From Hydrolagus colliei (lineage: Eukaryota): DNA of 64,000 bases. The stretch is from the NCBI GenBank assembly GCA_035084275.1, contig CM068750.1, forward strand, positions 10,726,001-10,790,000, read 5' to 3'. Within the stretch, counting starts at the first letter, position 1. The number at the start of each line of letters is the position of its first letter. The position numbers and the translations under genes are program-made. Positions 1-13,335 of this stretch are shown here, one piece after another. Below the pieces are notes generated by a model. The model was given only the letters and a program-made list of their open reading frames with translations, made no database searches and was not told where the DNA came from.

Positions 1-887
1 AAAAATGCCAGATATTCATAATGCTTTGCTTTTCATGGCCATGCTGTGGTTCAATAGCAGAAATCAATTTGGTGAAATAGTAAAGTCACATTTGAGCTAT
101 CTTGGCAAACCTCCAACTTCACTTGTTTTGTACACACGTCAACCGATCCAGAGATAAATAATGTCCCAGAACATAGAGGGGGCAGAAAAATGACCCAATG
201 TTCCTTTGTAATTTTCTCAAAAGCAGATCTTCAAACAACAATGAGAGATAGAACAGTGTAGCTTTATTTGTTAAGAACGTACCTTTATTAAGTCAATACA
301 ATGAAATATTGTTAAGTGGTTTGCATTAACAATAGAGAGGTAATTTTGTTGGGTAATCGGAAACCATTCTTCACTGTAGTTTGCAGGACACCTCAGGCTA
401 ATGTATTTGCCATTATGTCTCTAAGGTATACTGGAAAATATTGCTGCAGGCAAGCAGACAGCACAGACATACCTTAAACACACAACTGTAGTTGCTTATT
501 TTGCAATGGGCAATTTGCAGGAATGTGCAGATTTTTTGTCATCTTTTTGTAGGGGAACCTAGATTGGCCACAGAATCAGAAGTGATGATTTTAACAAGCA
601 CTTATCTATATCCTAGTGTTGAAAATTTTTAGGATCATTGATTAAGGGAAGAGAAAGTTTTCAATCCAACGATTTTTACCACTCCACAAAAGAAATGCAA
701 ATAGAGTATCTGTCATTTTCTAGGCCTTTCCCATAACACAGTTTACATATGAAGGAAGATGTCTTCTAGCAGAACATTTGCCCATCATATTAAATAGTTC
801 TGAGTGGGGCTTGGAAAGGACACTGATAGAGCGAAATAGCTTCCTGTTGACATGTATAAATATTTTCAGGGATTTTTAATTAACAAA

Positions 888-1294
888 TGGTTCAGTTGGT
901 AGTACTCTGGCCACAGAGTCAGACTCCCAATTACGACTTTGAACTCACAGTCCAGGTTGACATTTCAACTCAGATGTGCTACAGTATTGGAGGTGCCTTC
1001 TTTCAGATGAGATGCTAAACTGAGCCACTCTGCCTATTCAGGTAGTAAAGATCTACCTTAAAAATCTCACAGCACTATTCCTCCACAAAAGAGTGCTTCT
1101 CCTTGGTATCCTGGCCAACAATCCCCCAAGATGGTTACTCACTTCATGCCTTGTTTGTGGAACATGGTTATGCACAAATTGGCCATTGCATTCATCTACA
1201 AAATACAGTCACTACGCTTTACCATAAAATCACATGAAGCACTTTTTGATGTCTCGCTGACATGATATATTAACTGAAAAGATCATTATTTATT
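888..1294 (+). mobile_element. Old DeuSINE (SacSINE1/AmnSINE1-like), near full length and degenerate
   Basis: tRNA-like head (tggttcagttggtag). Deu-domain matches ggaggtgccttctttcagatgagatgctaaactgag (989-1024), gcactattc...ggtatcctggccaaca and tgtttgtggaac...gcacaaattggc. L2-like tail. Confidence 0.75.
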
Positions 1295-1639
1295 ATGAAG
1301 TGGGTGTGACCTATTTCAGGAATCAAACAGAATCGGAGGCAGCAAAATAAGCCACAACTAGTCGATATTTCTGGCAGTGAAAGCAATGTTTTTGTAGATC
1401 AAAATTTGCTATCATGTCCCGAGCATTTAGTGTGCAGCGCTGAGAGCTGCAAGCTGATAACTGCAATTTGCTTTTGAAAACATTATGTTGCCAGGAAACC
1501 AAATACAGTCATTTGCAATACAATCTAACATTATTCTGTTCCTCCAAAAAGACAAAGATCAGTTGTCCTTGTGAGGATTCTTTGACATTTATGCTTTAGT
1601 TAGAAGTATTTTCATTATAGCATTCCTCAGAATACTTCA

Positions 1640-1840
1640 AATAACAAATAATAGCTGCATTTGTTATAGCTCCTTTACCATGGGGAGGACATCTCAAAGC
1701 GCTTTACAAGATTTACTATAAAGTGGAGTAAATATGTATCTTGTAGGCAAACTCAGCAGCCAATTTATGCTCAGCAGTGTCCTACAACAACAACAAAATT
1801 ACATTAATAGAGTGCCTTTCATGTCAGGGGGACATCATGA
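1640..1840 (-). mobile_element. SINE 3' fragment plus adjacent L2-type tail
   Basis: gacatctcaaagcgctttaca and gcagccaatttatgctcagcag are reverse complements of the SINE tail and Deu core. Then acaacaacaaaattacatt...gcctttcatgtc. Confidence 0.65.
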
Positions 1841-2149
1841 AGTGAAGGAAGCTAGGTACAATGCTTTGAAATAGTTTAACTAGCCAAGAAGTTCAATAAT
1901 AGATCAATTAAAGAGCCTGCATACCTAACTATAAAAACACATGCAAACCTGCTCTTTATACTAAACATTCAAAGTACAAATATATATATACTGTGTACAG
2001 GTATATATTTTTTAACAGGACCAAAGTGTGTGTGCTTCCTCTTAAATACATTGCTTGTGGCTATGGCAGGAAATTGTGCTCCTGTTGCTCTAAAATTCTT
2101 AAGAGCTCAGCAGGGTACGTTCAGTATAGGCATATACGGTCAGGTACCA

Positions 2150-3200
2150 GAACAAGTGATTCAACAAAGCAAATCAGGAAAACAATCCACTGACTGATGT
2201 AAGAAATGATCAAGAAATAAAGTATATTCGCATGATAGCAAACTCTCATTCCAGTTAAATTACAATTGATCCTTCACTAAAAGCTTACAAAAATGCTCTG
2301 ATTACGTTGGGCTGTTTTCAAACATGCACGTAAAATCAATACTTATGAAATGGTCAACATTGTATAGAAGGAAATTTACCTGCTGTTGCACCCATAAGAT
2401 GGCTCTTTCTATTTCTATAAATCCTTTACTATCGAACCATGCTCATCAATACCTAATAGCATTTCTAAGGACTTCTGTCACTGCTGCAAAGATTCAAGAG
2501 CTGAATCTAGTACATGTTGGTCATCCGTCAATGGATGTGACCCTGACACTTTGTTACAGGACAGACTGTCCCCAATCATGAACCATTGGACAAAAGTGGG
2601 TTTGTAGTTCACAGAATGAATCACATTTTGACTGTCAAATTGACAGTGCTCATCAATCTTTCTGGTGGAGCTAGTCAGAAAATGAGTGACAGAATGAAAC
2701 AGTTGTGTGGAATGCTGTCATGTTGTGAAATAAAAAATATGAAGAAACAGTTCAGCAATTTCAAACTAAAATCGACACCCAAAAAAAATGGCAGGCAGCA
2801 TCCTCAGAAATCTGACACCACAGCTTCTTGTGTTCTGGAGCTGCGCCACTCTCTTTGATCCTCACAATAAATATGCAGAGCCCAACATTCAAGACCCATG
2901 AGGGCATGTTCAGTTGGCTCGTGACAGCAAAGCCTTGGGAAAACTGAAAGGAAAATTTGCAGCGAGGAAGATGGAATTTATGCCCGATAACACTGGAGTG
3001 GATGTTGTGGAGTATTGCCAAGTTGTCAAGGGACGTAGCTAACATTAGCAAATGTTGCCATCAGGCGTTAGCTGTATCAGGTAGGAATATAAATGTGCAG
3101 AGATTGTTTTTAAGCAAACTCCAATTCGCCAACCAAAGTGAAAGGAATTGCAGCAACATTGAAGTCTTGAAAAGACCAATGATGCCATAAACTGGAATGT
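2150..3200 (+). pseudogene. Highly decayed hAT-family transposase remnant
   Basis: Ordered motifs across shifted frames: MKWSTLY (2345; cf. TRW), FWSCATLFDPHNK (CATLFDP at 2842-2862; cf. AxxLDPRxK), DVVEY, and LAVSGRNINVQRLF (3068-3109; cf. the hAT dimerisation motif LxxPxSxxxxERxFS). Confidence 0.5.
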
Positions 3201-4705
3201 TAATAGACTTTGCTAAAATGATTCCATGAACAACCGCAGTTGTGGTCAGGCATCGACAGTTATTGACTTGTGTTTTTCTCTGGATGAACTTCATTCAGAA
3301 ACAGAATGTTTTTGTTTAAACAAAATCTCAATGCTGCAATCTCACTCTTGTGAAACCAGATTGAAATGTGACTGAAACCTTAATGTCTGTGAAATAAATC
3401 AGCGGGCTTTGCCAAGTCATTACAATTTGCAAATGGATTGAACTGAACTACTAGGATTGAAACTGATCCGAAAGATGCATACCTGCCTCAGCCAACCTTT
3501 CATAATGCGAAAACAGTTTGAAGTGAGCTGCTGAAATTGAAACTTTGTGTCTGTGAACAAAATGGGCAATTTTATTACTATTTGCAACCAATTTGAACCA
3601 AACTTATGCCATTAAATTGTGTGGAGAAACAAGCACATCTAGATTTGGTATGTTTGAATACATTTGTGTTAATTTCCAACCACTTTCTATTATCATTTCA
3701 TATCTATTAAGGTAAGACTGTTAACTGGGCTGACTGAAATGCATGGCCAACAACACAATACAAGTAAAATTATATATTTTGTGCTTACATCTGGCATGGA
3801 AACATGCCATTCAGCCCAACTAGTCTGCCAGGGTGTTTATACGGTACTCCACTGTTGCCCCTACCCCTCCGATTCACCGCAATTATACTGTCCCCTTGCT
3901 GTCTCCCTCATCTACGCATAATGTTTGCTCATATAAATACATCTTGTTTGCTTCAACCACAATTTCTGCCTGCGATTTTCACATTCTCACCAATCTCCAC
4001 ATGAAGACATTCTTCCTAAATTTCCTGTAGATCTACCACTATATATCTAAGATTGATGTCCATAAAATGCATGACACAGAGAATATTGGAAAACAGCAGT
4101 GTTATGACATATTAGCGATACAGTACAAAACTGATAATATTTGATGTGATAATTATCAGCAATAGTTAACAGATGAAAATAATTATCACAGTAAATATAT
4201 TATGAATCATTACAATTTTCCTCCATTGCATTGTTCTAACTTTAAAATTGTTGAATCTGTGGACACAGTAGATTTTTTTTTATATTTAGTGATTACATTT
4301 GGCAACTCTCTGGTAAGTCTCTGAATCCTCATCCATTTCCATTCAAACTGTTAATTTGATAGTAAAGTAACAGATCCATTGTCCAAAGAGACATTTGTGT
4401 CAATTTACCTGATGCATTGACTTTGTTTAGAGCTGTGTCTGCCTCAGAACTCATTAACAGTGGAGATTAAAAATGGAGTAGCTTGGGAATCACAACTCTA
4501 ATTCCAAATCAGTAACAATACCCTAAAACATGCACGCCTCATTCTGCAGCTTCTTTATGTGTAAAACAGATAGATCGATATAATTATCATATACAATACA
4601 TATATAGTATACCACATATATACTCTGGAAGGTTGGTCAGCATTTTTTCTTGGTGGAAAAATGTCACATGCAAGGATACACAAGTAAACAAAATCAGGTA
4701 ATATC

Positions 4706-4808
4706 TAATAATAATCCTTGCATTTGATAAAGCTCCTTATCACATCATTGAGACATCTCAAAACACTTCACAGAATATACTGCAAATTGACTGTAATTTG
4801 TGAGCAAA
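4706..4808 (-). mobile_element. SINE 3' tail fragment
   Basis: taataataatccttgcatttgata...gagacatctcaaaacacttcacagaatatactg is the reverse complement of the tail of the 18973 SINE. Confidence 0.8.
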
Positions 4809-5229
4809 ATCAACATCAAAGACAATGTACAGTTGTTTTAAATATAAAACATCTGAACAGGAATGTATAAAAATGAGCCAAAAAATACTGAAAATGCACT
4901 GTTTGCTCATTACCACTTGAAGTATGACGATAGGTTAATTGTTTGAATGCAACCCTTCATAAAACCAGAAATATAGGGATTAAAAAGAATGGTCAGAGAA
5001 TTCAGGAGAGTCAGACCAAGAGAACAATTAAAATCCACCAACCGCACACAAATACACACACACAAAGAGACAAGAGAGTAACTCCCAATAGTAATTAGCC
5101 AATTGTGGATCACTGAAAATGGATGTTACAGCACTTAATATCATAGAAAGGTAATAACAGGCACATATTGTGTCCAATATGCAGGCACAAGAGAATCATT
5201 GGATGACTCAAAGAGCAGAAAATAATAAG

Positions 5230-5515
5230 TATCTTGGGGAATGGAGTGAAAATATTGGGGAAGCTCTGAATTTGTTCAAGTCAATGTTCAGACCAATGGA
5301 TCATAGAGGGTAACCAAAATTAAGAATAATAACCTGGAGTTTGTACTGTTTTGTAACCTTTATAAATTGGAGAAGGGTGTGTCTTGAGTTTCTGCAGGGA
5401 GATTGAGGGGATTGAGTGGAGACAGTGAAGTAGATTTTGCAGGATGTGGGGAAGAAGTAGGGTTGATGAGTCAACCTGTCTTTTCCTTCCATTCCTGTCC
5501 TGTAATTTTATACAT
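5230..5515 (+). mobile_element. Degenerate CR1-like LINE 3' end
   Basis: Purine-rich 3' region ending gatgagtcaacctg...ttcctgtcctgtaatttt, resembling CR1 termini. Confidence 0.4.
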
Positions 5516-6395
5516 CACATTAGTGTCCAAAACTAGTTTTCGGTACAATCGTATTACATTCTTAACTGTATAGAATGTTTTGCTATGAGTAATATAACTC
5601 CTTGTAAAATTCTTGTCTCTCTCCCCACCTACCAATAAACTCACAACTATTCTTAGGCTTTATTAATGCCATTCAACTATGAATGTATAAATCACCTCTG
5701 TGCAATTGAACCTAATCCCACATTAGTGAATTGATTTTTTTAAAAAAACAGAGTTTACACAAACATGCTGTTGTTTCTATTTTGTGTATGCGTGGCTTTA
5801 ATAAATCACTGTCAAGGAAACAAAAAATTTAAATATGCGCCATCCTACTTAAAAATTCATAATGAAGAACTGTAAGGTCACTGTCGATTTGTAAATAGCA
5901 CAAGTCACAGAGTTACCAGTACAATGTGTGGCACATAATTGATCTCATGTGAGTAATAATTCAAAGTTATACAGATCACCTGTCATCTTTATCTGCATTT
6001 ACTTCAAACACAATTTGTCAATGCAAAGCTCCCTTCAATGAATGTGGTTTCTGTGTATACAAAGATGCAAGATGTTCTGATGGTTTCTTAAACAGCAGGC
6101 CAATGGCACAACCTATTGGTGCACCTATGCACTGCACCACTGACAACACTATTATATATAAAATATATAGATCGCACACCAATAACTTCAGTTAAAGTGA
6201 ATTTTCTGATAAGAGTGATCTGAGCGAGATTATGAATACAGGCAAGGAGATTCATTTCAGGGACAAAAAAAAAAGTCAGTCCTGAATATTCTTCTAACAC
6301 CAGCTAGCAAAAGGTTCTGAAACTGTATTCACAGTAGACTGGGAAAGACTTATTTGTTGATTCATAATGCATGAAATCTGAGGGACACTTCATTC

Positions 6396-6487
6396 TAATA
6401 ATAATAATAATCCTTGAATTCAATATAGTGCCTTTCACATCTTCTGGATGTCTCAAGCACTTCACAGAATCTAAAGTGAATTGACTA
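6396..6487 (-). mobile_element. SINE 3' tail fragment
   Basis: (taa)n tccttgaattcaatatagtgcctt...gcacttcacagaat...aaagtgaattgact. Confidence 0.8.
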
Positions 6488-8684
6488 TATAAGGGCAAAA
6501 ATTCTAAACATCATTGTTAAACCACCATGTCTAAACATATGTAGTTTGCCAACCAAATAAACAGTATTTGCATCATTTCTTGACAGGATTGCCCAAAACG
6601 GAAGTGTTGTGTGATCAGAATCCCATTCGAACCACAAGAATTCTACTCCAAAAATCGAAGTCCAAAAATATGAGCTACAGATAGTTGAGCAACTTGGATA
6701 CTTCATTAAAGAAGCTCATTCAAAGAATTCCACAAAATAGACCCCAAATTAATTCCCCAAAACACCAATTTGCAATTATACAATGTCCTTTAAGTAGAAC
6801 ATAATGCAGGAAGAAATATACACTCTTAAATCATGATGTTTTCCCCAACATGTTTCCACAAAGATTCACAGCACCGATGCTGTGTATTGAGCATTGAACT
6901 CCACCTAGTGTACAATTCTGGAGTGTACAAACAGCAACATTATCTTTTCAGCACTCCAGCTTGACCACATCAAGTATAAAACATTTAATAAAGTTAAAGT
7001 TTTGGAACAAACCTTGTTTTTCTTTATTATGTAAGCAATAAACATTTTACTTATGTTAAGTGTAAATTTGTGACTTTAGCTTGATTTATCATTGTGCTCT
7101 ATTTTATTTGCAATTCTAACTGTTATAATTAAATATTATTATTATAAATGTATTCCATTGTCACAAGTATTTTAAAAAGTATTTTGAAGATATTACAACA
7201 TTTTAAAATAAATCCTGTAAAGAAGAAGTACACATGTAAAGCAAACATCAGGTTTGGATAAGAAACATAAATGGTCGGATTATCACACATAATATTTATT
7301 TATGAATTTCTACATGAAGAATATTCCAATTTACACTTCTGACCACCTTCCATGTTTTCTAATCTCACCAAATTAACTAAACTCATCAGTTTTTTTAAAA
7401 AATACATCATTAACAGGCAAAGTGTTGCTTTAAAGTTTACTTTCTTGTTTCAATTGATATTTTCTAAAGTATAATGTTAAAACATTTTTTTTTATCCTGC
7501 CACTATCACTCCTTCAAAAGCATGATAATAAATCTAGCAACTAAAATGTCAAACATGTTGTGGAGCTGGCAGTGGGTTAGTGTTTAAAGTGAGCATTTGA
7601 TCTGACCCACCTTGTAATCTCACTGACATTCAGTTTTGCAACAATGGCAATGCTTTCATGTTCACAGTTTGCAGGCTGCTGATTGCATGACATTAGAAAT
7701 AAGCCAACTCCATATTAGAAATAGATCCATAGAAAGTCAGGTCAGGTGGATTCCACATTTAAGTTCCATTTTAGCTTCAGAAACAATAACTCTAATGCAT
7801 TGCTGTTCACTATACAAATTATTATTAATACAGTAAACTCCCATTAACTTGCTTGTGGCTTAATTTGTCATTACCACTTAACTCGCTATGCTGTCAATAT
7901 CCCATCCACTTCCCCTGAAAAATGCTAATAAGGGACTTTACCTGTCACTTCATTTAACATGTAACCAGTCAACCTAATTCAGTAGGTTGGTGTCTTGTTT
8001 GTGAGTTGTGTTTAGCAGGTGTAACAAATATGCTCTTAATTATGTAACTAACAAACAATAAAAAATAATCAGCACAATATAGGGTTGTTAATCACCTCAA
8101 TGATGTGCATGTGTTTGCACACGGTCAACACAACCCATCAATTCGTTATTTTGCTTTGTGCAGAAGATTTGCCTGCGGCCATATAGTGATTAAACAAATA
8201 GATAAATTTGCTTTCAACCACAAAACTGCACATTTCAATGTTCTGTTTCTATAAAAGTCAATACACATAGGCACAATAAAATCTATAATAATCCTAGCAT
8301 ATTGCCTAGCATCTTTCTTGTCCAGAAGATGTCGGAAAGTCACGGCATGTACTGTAAAGTGTAGTGACTCTGTATTTGTAGGCAAATGTGACAGCCCATG
8401 CATGCACAGCAATGTTCCAAAAACAGCCATGAAGTGAATGATGAACTGTATTTCAAGGTTTGTTGGCTGGGATACTGGAAGAAACTCCCTTTTCGGTTGG
8501 ATTTTGGAACTACAGAACATAATGCACTTTTAAATATTGCAACAACAACATATTGAGTAATACGTTTTGAAGAGGAGAGGTAAGAAGATTGTTTCCCCAC
8601 CCTTGCAAAATATTATCTAGGACTGATCATGGACTCTTATATGAACATTAGTGTAGTTATTATTATTTAGGATATCTAGATATA

Positions 8685-8795
8685 GTGGAGTCCCATAAAT
8701 TTTTAAGTGATTAGAGCATTCACCTCAGAAGCGAGAGACCTGGGTTTGATTCCTGGCAGGATGAAATGTTGGGCAATTTCCTTACTCCACACTAT
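8685..8795 (+). mobile_element. SINE 5' (tRNA-derived head) fragment
   Basis: gtggagtcc...ttagagcattcacctcagaagcgagagacctgggtttgattcctggcagg...tttccttactccacac aligns to 18971-19078. Confidence 0.8.
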
Positions 8796-9160
8796 TCTGT
8801 GTATCTAGCAGTAAGTAGGAACCCAGTTGTTAGTCGATTGGTGGATTGCTTTTCCTGGAGTAATAATTCCTTCAAAAATTGAGATGTCTCGAAGATGTGA
8901 TTTGACACAATATCAAGTGCAAAGATTATTATTAGTAGTAATATTGACCATCTCCTATGTTCTATTTTTCTCATCTGAGAATCAATCTGCCAAAAAAAAC
9001 GACTACGTGTTTCATTTTGAAAATTAAGATAAATAAATTGAGCTAGTGGACGATTTCCTACTTTTCTTAATCCAGGCAGCAGTGAGAATTGTATGATTTG
9101 TTTGTAGAAATAGATATTCACATGTTCCACTTAAAAAATTATAAAAACAATATTAATAAA

Positions 9161-9237
9161 AATAATGTTTGTATTTGATATAGCCCCTCATCATGGTATT
9201 GAGACATCCCAAAGTACATACTAAAGTGAATTGAGTA
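9161..9237 (-). mobile_element. SINE 3' tail fragment
   Basis: aataatgtttgtatttgatatagccc...gagacatcccaaagtac...aaagtgaattga. Confidence 0.65.
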
Positions 9238-11343
9238 CCGGTATATATTTTGAGGGTGGGAAAAAAACAGCAAAACGTTTTTTTAAAGTATTGCAGGAAA
9301 AAGATATGTGTAAGTGTTCTGCTGAGATGCTGAACTTACAAACCTCAATTCCTATAATTGACAGCTGAGTCTTTTCATTCTTTGCCCAAATAGACCCTCA
9401 AAGTGTTTTAAATTAGGAGCATACATAATGCTCCACACCACTACTGAATGGTGCTACAATAAAACACAGGCAATTGCTGGTGCACAAGGAATAAAATTAT
9501 AGTACTAAAAAAAATGGCGAGTTGAACCTTGCGCTTCATCTGTATAATCGGTCACTTTCCCATTCATTCCAAACCTGTGGGGATCCACAGAGAAATACTG
9601 AAAATAAACATAATTCTGTTCGGTGTGAAGTACATTAGGAACTGCTCAATAGGGTGCTGCATTCTAAGAAGGTGTCTGAATTTTAAAGTGGCATGACTTG
9701 TGACTTATCTGTTCATGGCTGGAACATAATTTTCAGCAGCTTCTATTCTGGAAGAAGGTCTTTGAGCTAATTAAAGTACTCTACTCTTGCTTTGTGCTTC
9801 AGTCACTTTGTGCTGCCTGTTATCCCAGCAAAGAAACTGCTGGAGACTGCATTATCATTACATCAGTATATTTTTTACATGCTGATAGTTTTAGCACAAA
9901 ACCCAGTGGAAGTGAAATGTGGAGCTAGGTCTTTTTCTCCATTCAGCATCATAAAAGGAGAATTATTTGCAACTAGATGTGAAAATCTTACAATAATCTC
10001 GTCAATAAGGCAACTTTAATTCTCATGATCAATATCAGATTTCATTTGCAGAAATCAATTGTATTCTAACCGTATCTCCTGAATGGTGTAGCTAATTCAG
10101 CTAGCATAAATAAACTGGAAGCGTTTTTTAATTTCATCATGAACCTGCTTTCTTTTGAGAAAAATCAAGCTGAATTTGTGGAAGTGGTTCACTGTTGTCT
10201 AAGAGACGTTTATTCCCTTATTCAAAGCTCAAATGAGACCTCACTTGCTGTGCGTGTGTGTGTGTGTGTGAATGTCTGTGTGTTTGTGCAGGAGAATAGA
10301 CAAGAAAATTCTTAAACAAAGTTTGTAGCTTGATTTTGATCAGCCCTAAAGTTTGATCAACCTGCTTTAGTAAGAGAGTAAATTATTGAAGGCTGTATAA
10401 TGCATCATAAATATTGCAGGTATACAGTTGATCTAATTTGTTTTCATTCCGTTACCAGAATTCCTGTGGTAGTAAAGTGTGGCATTGCAAAATTAATGAT
10501 GTACTGCTTCTATTTAGCTTTGAGCCAGGGTTCACTTCAAAATGTTAAGTAACTTATTTGAACCTATCTGAATATATTTGCAGTTTTTAAGCGATTCTTT
10601 ATTGGCTTGAACAATAACTTGAATTATTTTAAAATGTCATTACACAAATATCACCATTATCAGACTCAAATACTGTTAACAATCTAAAGTTCATGACTCA
10701 CAAATCAGTACTGTAACTTATTCTCTATTCGAATAATTTCCTGGAAACAACTCTCTGTGCATCAATGTGGAAAATATTCAATTCACATTTACAGAGAAAA
10801 CAGAGTAAACATCGTTCTATTCTCAAGTCATGAATAAGAAAACAGTTAGCAGTTTCTTATTCTGTCAGATTTCGAGCGAGGAAATAGAAATCTATTCCCA
10901 GCTCATGAATAAATAAACCATTTATTTGGAACTGGGCAAATAATGAACTGATTACCATTTCTTTATTCAAAAATCACAAATTCTTCCTTTGAAGGAATAC
11001 ATTACTGTTTGATTCTGATCACTGCATTCCTTCCAAAAGCACCTCATCAATGAATCTGCATAAAATTACAAAAGATGGGGAGTAAAAGATTTTTGTTCTA
11101 ACAATACAATGGTTTGTGAGGTTGAGGAAGGGCTTGGAAAACATATGAGTATAATAACTGATTGTGGATAGAAGCCTCTGTTTGAGAAAAGGTTTTATTC
11201 CCATCGGGTATGGGTAAATAGCAAAAGAGATTGTTGAGAAAGGGAGATGTGGGTTGGGGTAGGAGGTTGCTCTGCTAAAGATTATTGCATACAATAGAAT
11301 GGACCAGCATGTCCGTCAACCACTGTCACATTTCTTTATTTAA

Positions 11344-11659
11344 GGTGACAAGTGGGGTAAAAAATAAAAAAATAAAAATATTGTTTTCATGTCAAAGTGT
11401 ACTTTGATCTATATACTTTCAGAAATAAACTGTTTTGATTGGTGAAATAAACTTATTTCCAAAGAAATATAGGGTAAAGAATAAGAATTCAACAATAAAA
11501 TAAACCGGAAATGCTTATTTCATATGTCACATTCCCTATATTTCTTTGAAAATAAGTTTATTTCACCAATCAGAACAGTTTATTTCTGAAAGTATATAGT
11601 TCAAAGTACACTTTGACAATGAAAAAAAATATTTGTTATTTTTTACCCCACTTGCCACG
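11344..11659. mobile_element. MITE / non-autonomous DNA transposon with ~130 bp terminal inverted repeats and TTAA target sites (Kolobok/T2-like)
   Basis: Arm 11344-11474 is the near-perfect reverse complement of 11534-11659, with a 59 bp spacer. TTAA at 11340-11343 and 11660-11663. The element starts GG. Confidence 0.88.
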
Positions 11660-12024
11660 TTAAAGGTGAACCTTTTATATTGGGAGAACATCTTAAAGTG
11701 CTTCACCCAGCTGAATGGGTTCTAAAACTGGGTGGAGGGAAGGGAAGATGGGAAAGATGGATGAAAGCATGGTCATAAAGAGAGATCTTAAGGCAGGTTT
11801 TGAAGGCAGAATCAGAAGTTCAAGTTCCAGATAACTAATAGTAATAATTTATCCTCACTGAAGCTGAAATGAGATTCATTAGTGATGCATATTCAATTTT
11901 TCTTAATGGTTGAATTGCCTAAATGCACTGAATATATTTTCAATCTTTTTTTAATCAAACAATCTAACTTGCTTTCTCAGAAATAATTGTGATTTCAGAA
12001 GTGATGGATTGAGACAATATAAAC

Positions 12025-12150
12025 AGGCCTTGGAATCTTTAGCTTTGTGAACTTCCCTTCGGTCGCTCGGGTCCTGGCTGTTCAGCATTCTGTGAAGTCC
12101 TCCCGACGTGAAAGGCACTCTATAAATGTAATTTTGTTGTTACTGTTGTT
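12025..12150 (+). mobile_element. L2-type LINE 3' end
   Basis: gtcctcccgacgtgaaaggcactctataaatgtaattttgttgtt, the same tail as at 60436-60484. Confidence 0.7.
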
Positions 12151-13089
12151 CCCCTTAATGCAACAATGTGCAATGAAACTAGTTATATCTGACAGAACCT
12201 AAAAAATGCAATTTAAGAATACATATTTTAATAATCTCTACAATTTAATTAATTCTGATTGGAAACATCTGGGAGTACAGGTCAGAATCAGTGCAGTCCG
12301 AGTTTGACCAGGAAAGCTCAAATTAGATAATCAGATAGCAAGGAACTGTAGTTCAGGTCATGCAATTGATAGCAGAAGTTAGCGCCTCCCAAATCCTCTA
12401 GGTGGTGTCAAAACACTATCTTGGTGCAGAATTATCAATTTGCATATTTTGCTGGGAATGCCACATTCATAGTCGAGAATTAATATCCAATCCCATTGTG
12501 TTATGAGATCCATACAGCACATGTTCCAAATAGAGTTGTATACTTTAGATTGAAGAGTTAAATGAAAATGAGACTGAGTAAAGTTCTAATGGCAGCATAA
12601 AATGAGTATACCAAAATTGCATTTTACCATCGCAAAGACATAATCCTGTCACTTGAATGTAGTCATGTTGTACAGGTAAGCATGGTCTCCTTGGTGACAT
12701 GTTTAGCAATTGAATGTCAGAATCAGGCTAGCCTTCTGTGGTGTTTTGGGTAGTCCTGAGCCAGGCAGTTCCACAGTACTCCAGGGCACTGCTGTTGATA
12801 GCACTGGCTCATAAACAGAACTTGGAAGGGCAGAGGTGTCACTGGGGCCAGGGAATCATCTATCACACTGTTGAATTCCATTTCCTATGTGAGGAATGCC
12901 TGATTATTTTCAGATCAGGATTTCCAGCCACTAGATTCGTTCAGGATTGGTTATCACTTGGCTTGGGGTAGAGGAGAGGCATTACATTTGTGTCTGAGTG
13001 TTTGTTCTGAACTAGTGGTATCGTCTACAGTACAGTATAACGGATCAGGGTACGCCTCAGTATCATGTGCAGTATTTAGTATATCAGAT

Positions 13090-13335
13090 CGATTTCAAGA
13101 TCCCTTCATGCCCTCTCATCTACCTACCTTTCCCACCTTCTTACCCCCCACTCCCGCTCGCCCAGTTCCAGCCTCCTATTTCTCCCTTGTCCTCTCTCTG
13201 CTCCACCATCGGTGGCTGTGCCTTCAGCCACTACACCCTGAAATTCTGGAAATCTCTCCCTCAATCCTTCTGCCTTGCCCCCTCCCCACATTCAAATCCC
13301 AACTAAACACCTTTGTTTTAGCTCATAGACACCTC
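13090..13335 (+). mobile_element. L2 LINE ORF2 C-terminal fragment
   Basis: Translates TIGGCAFSHYTLKFWKSLPQS...FKSQLNTF, the L2 GxRAFSxxAPxLWNSLP...FKxxLKT motif. Confidence 0.8.

Noticed and set aside
7829-7900. Tigger/pogo-like terminus (TA-CAGTAAACTCCC)
   Set aside because: No matching right inverted repeat could be found.
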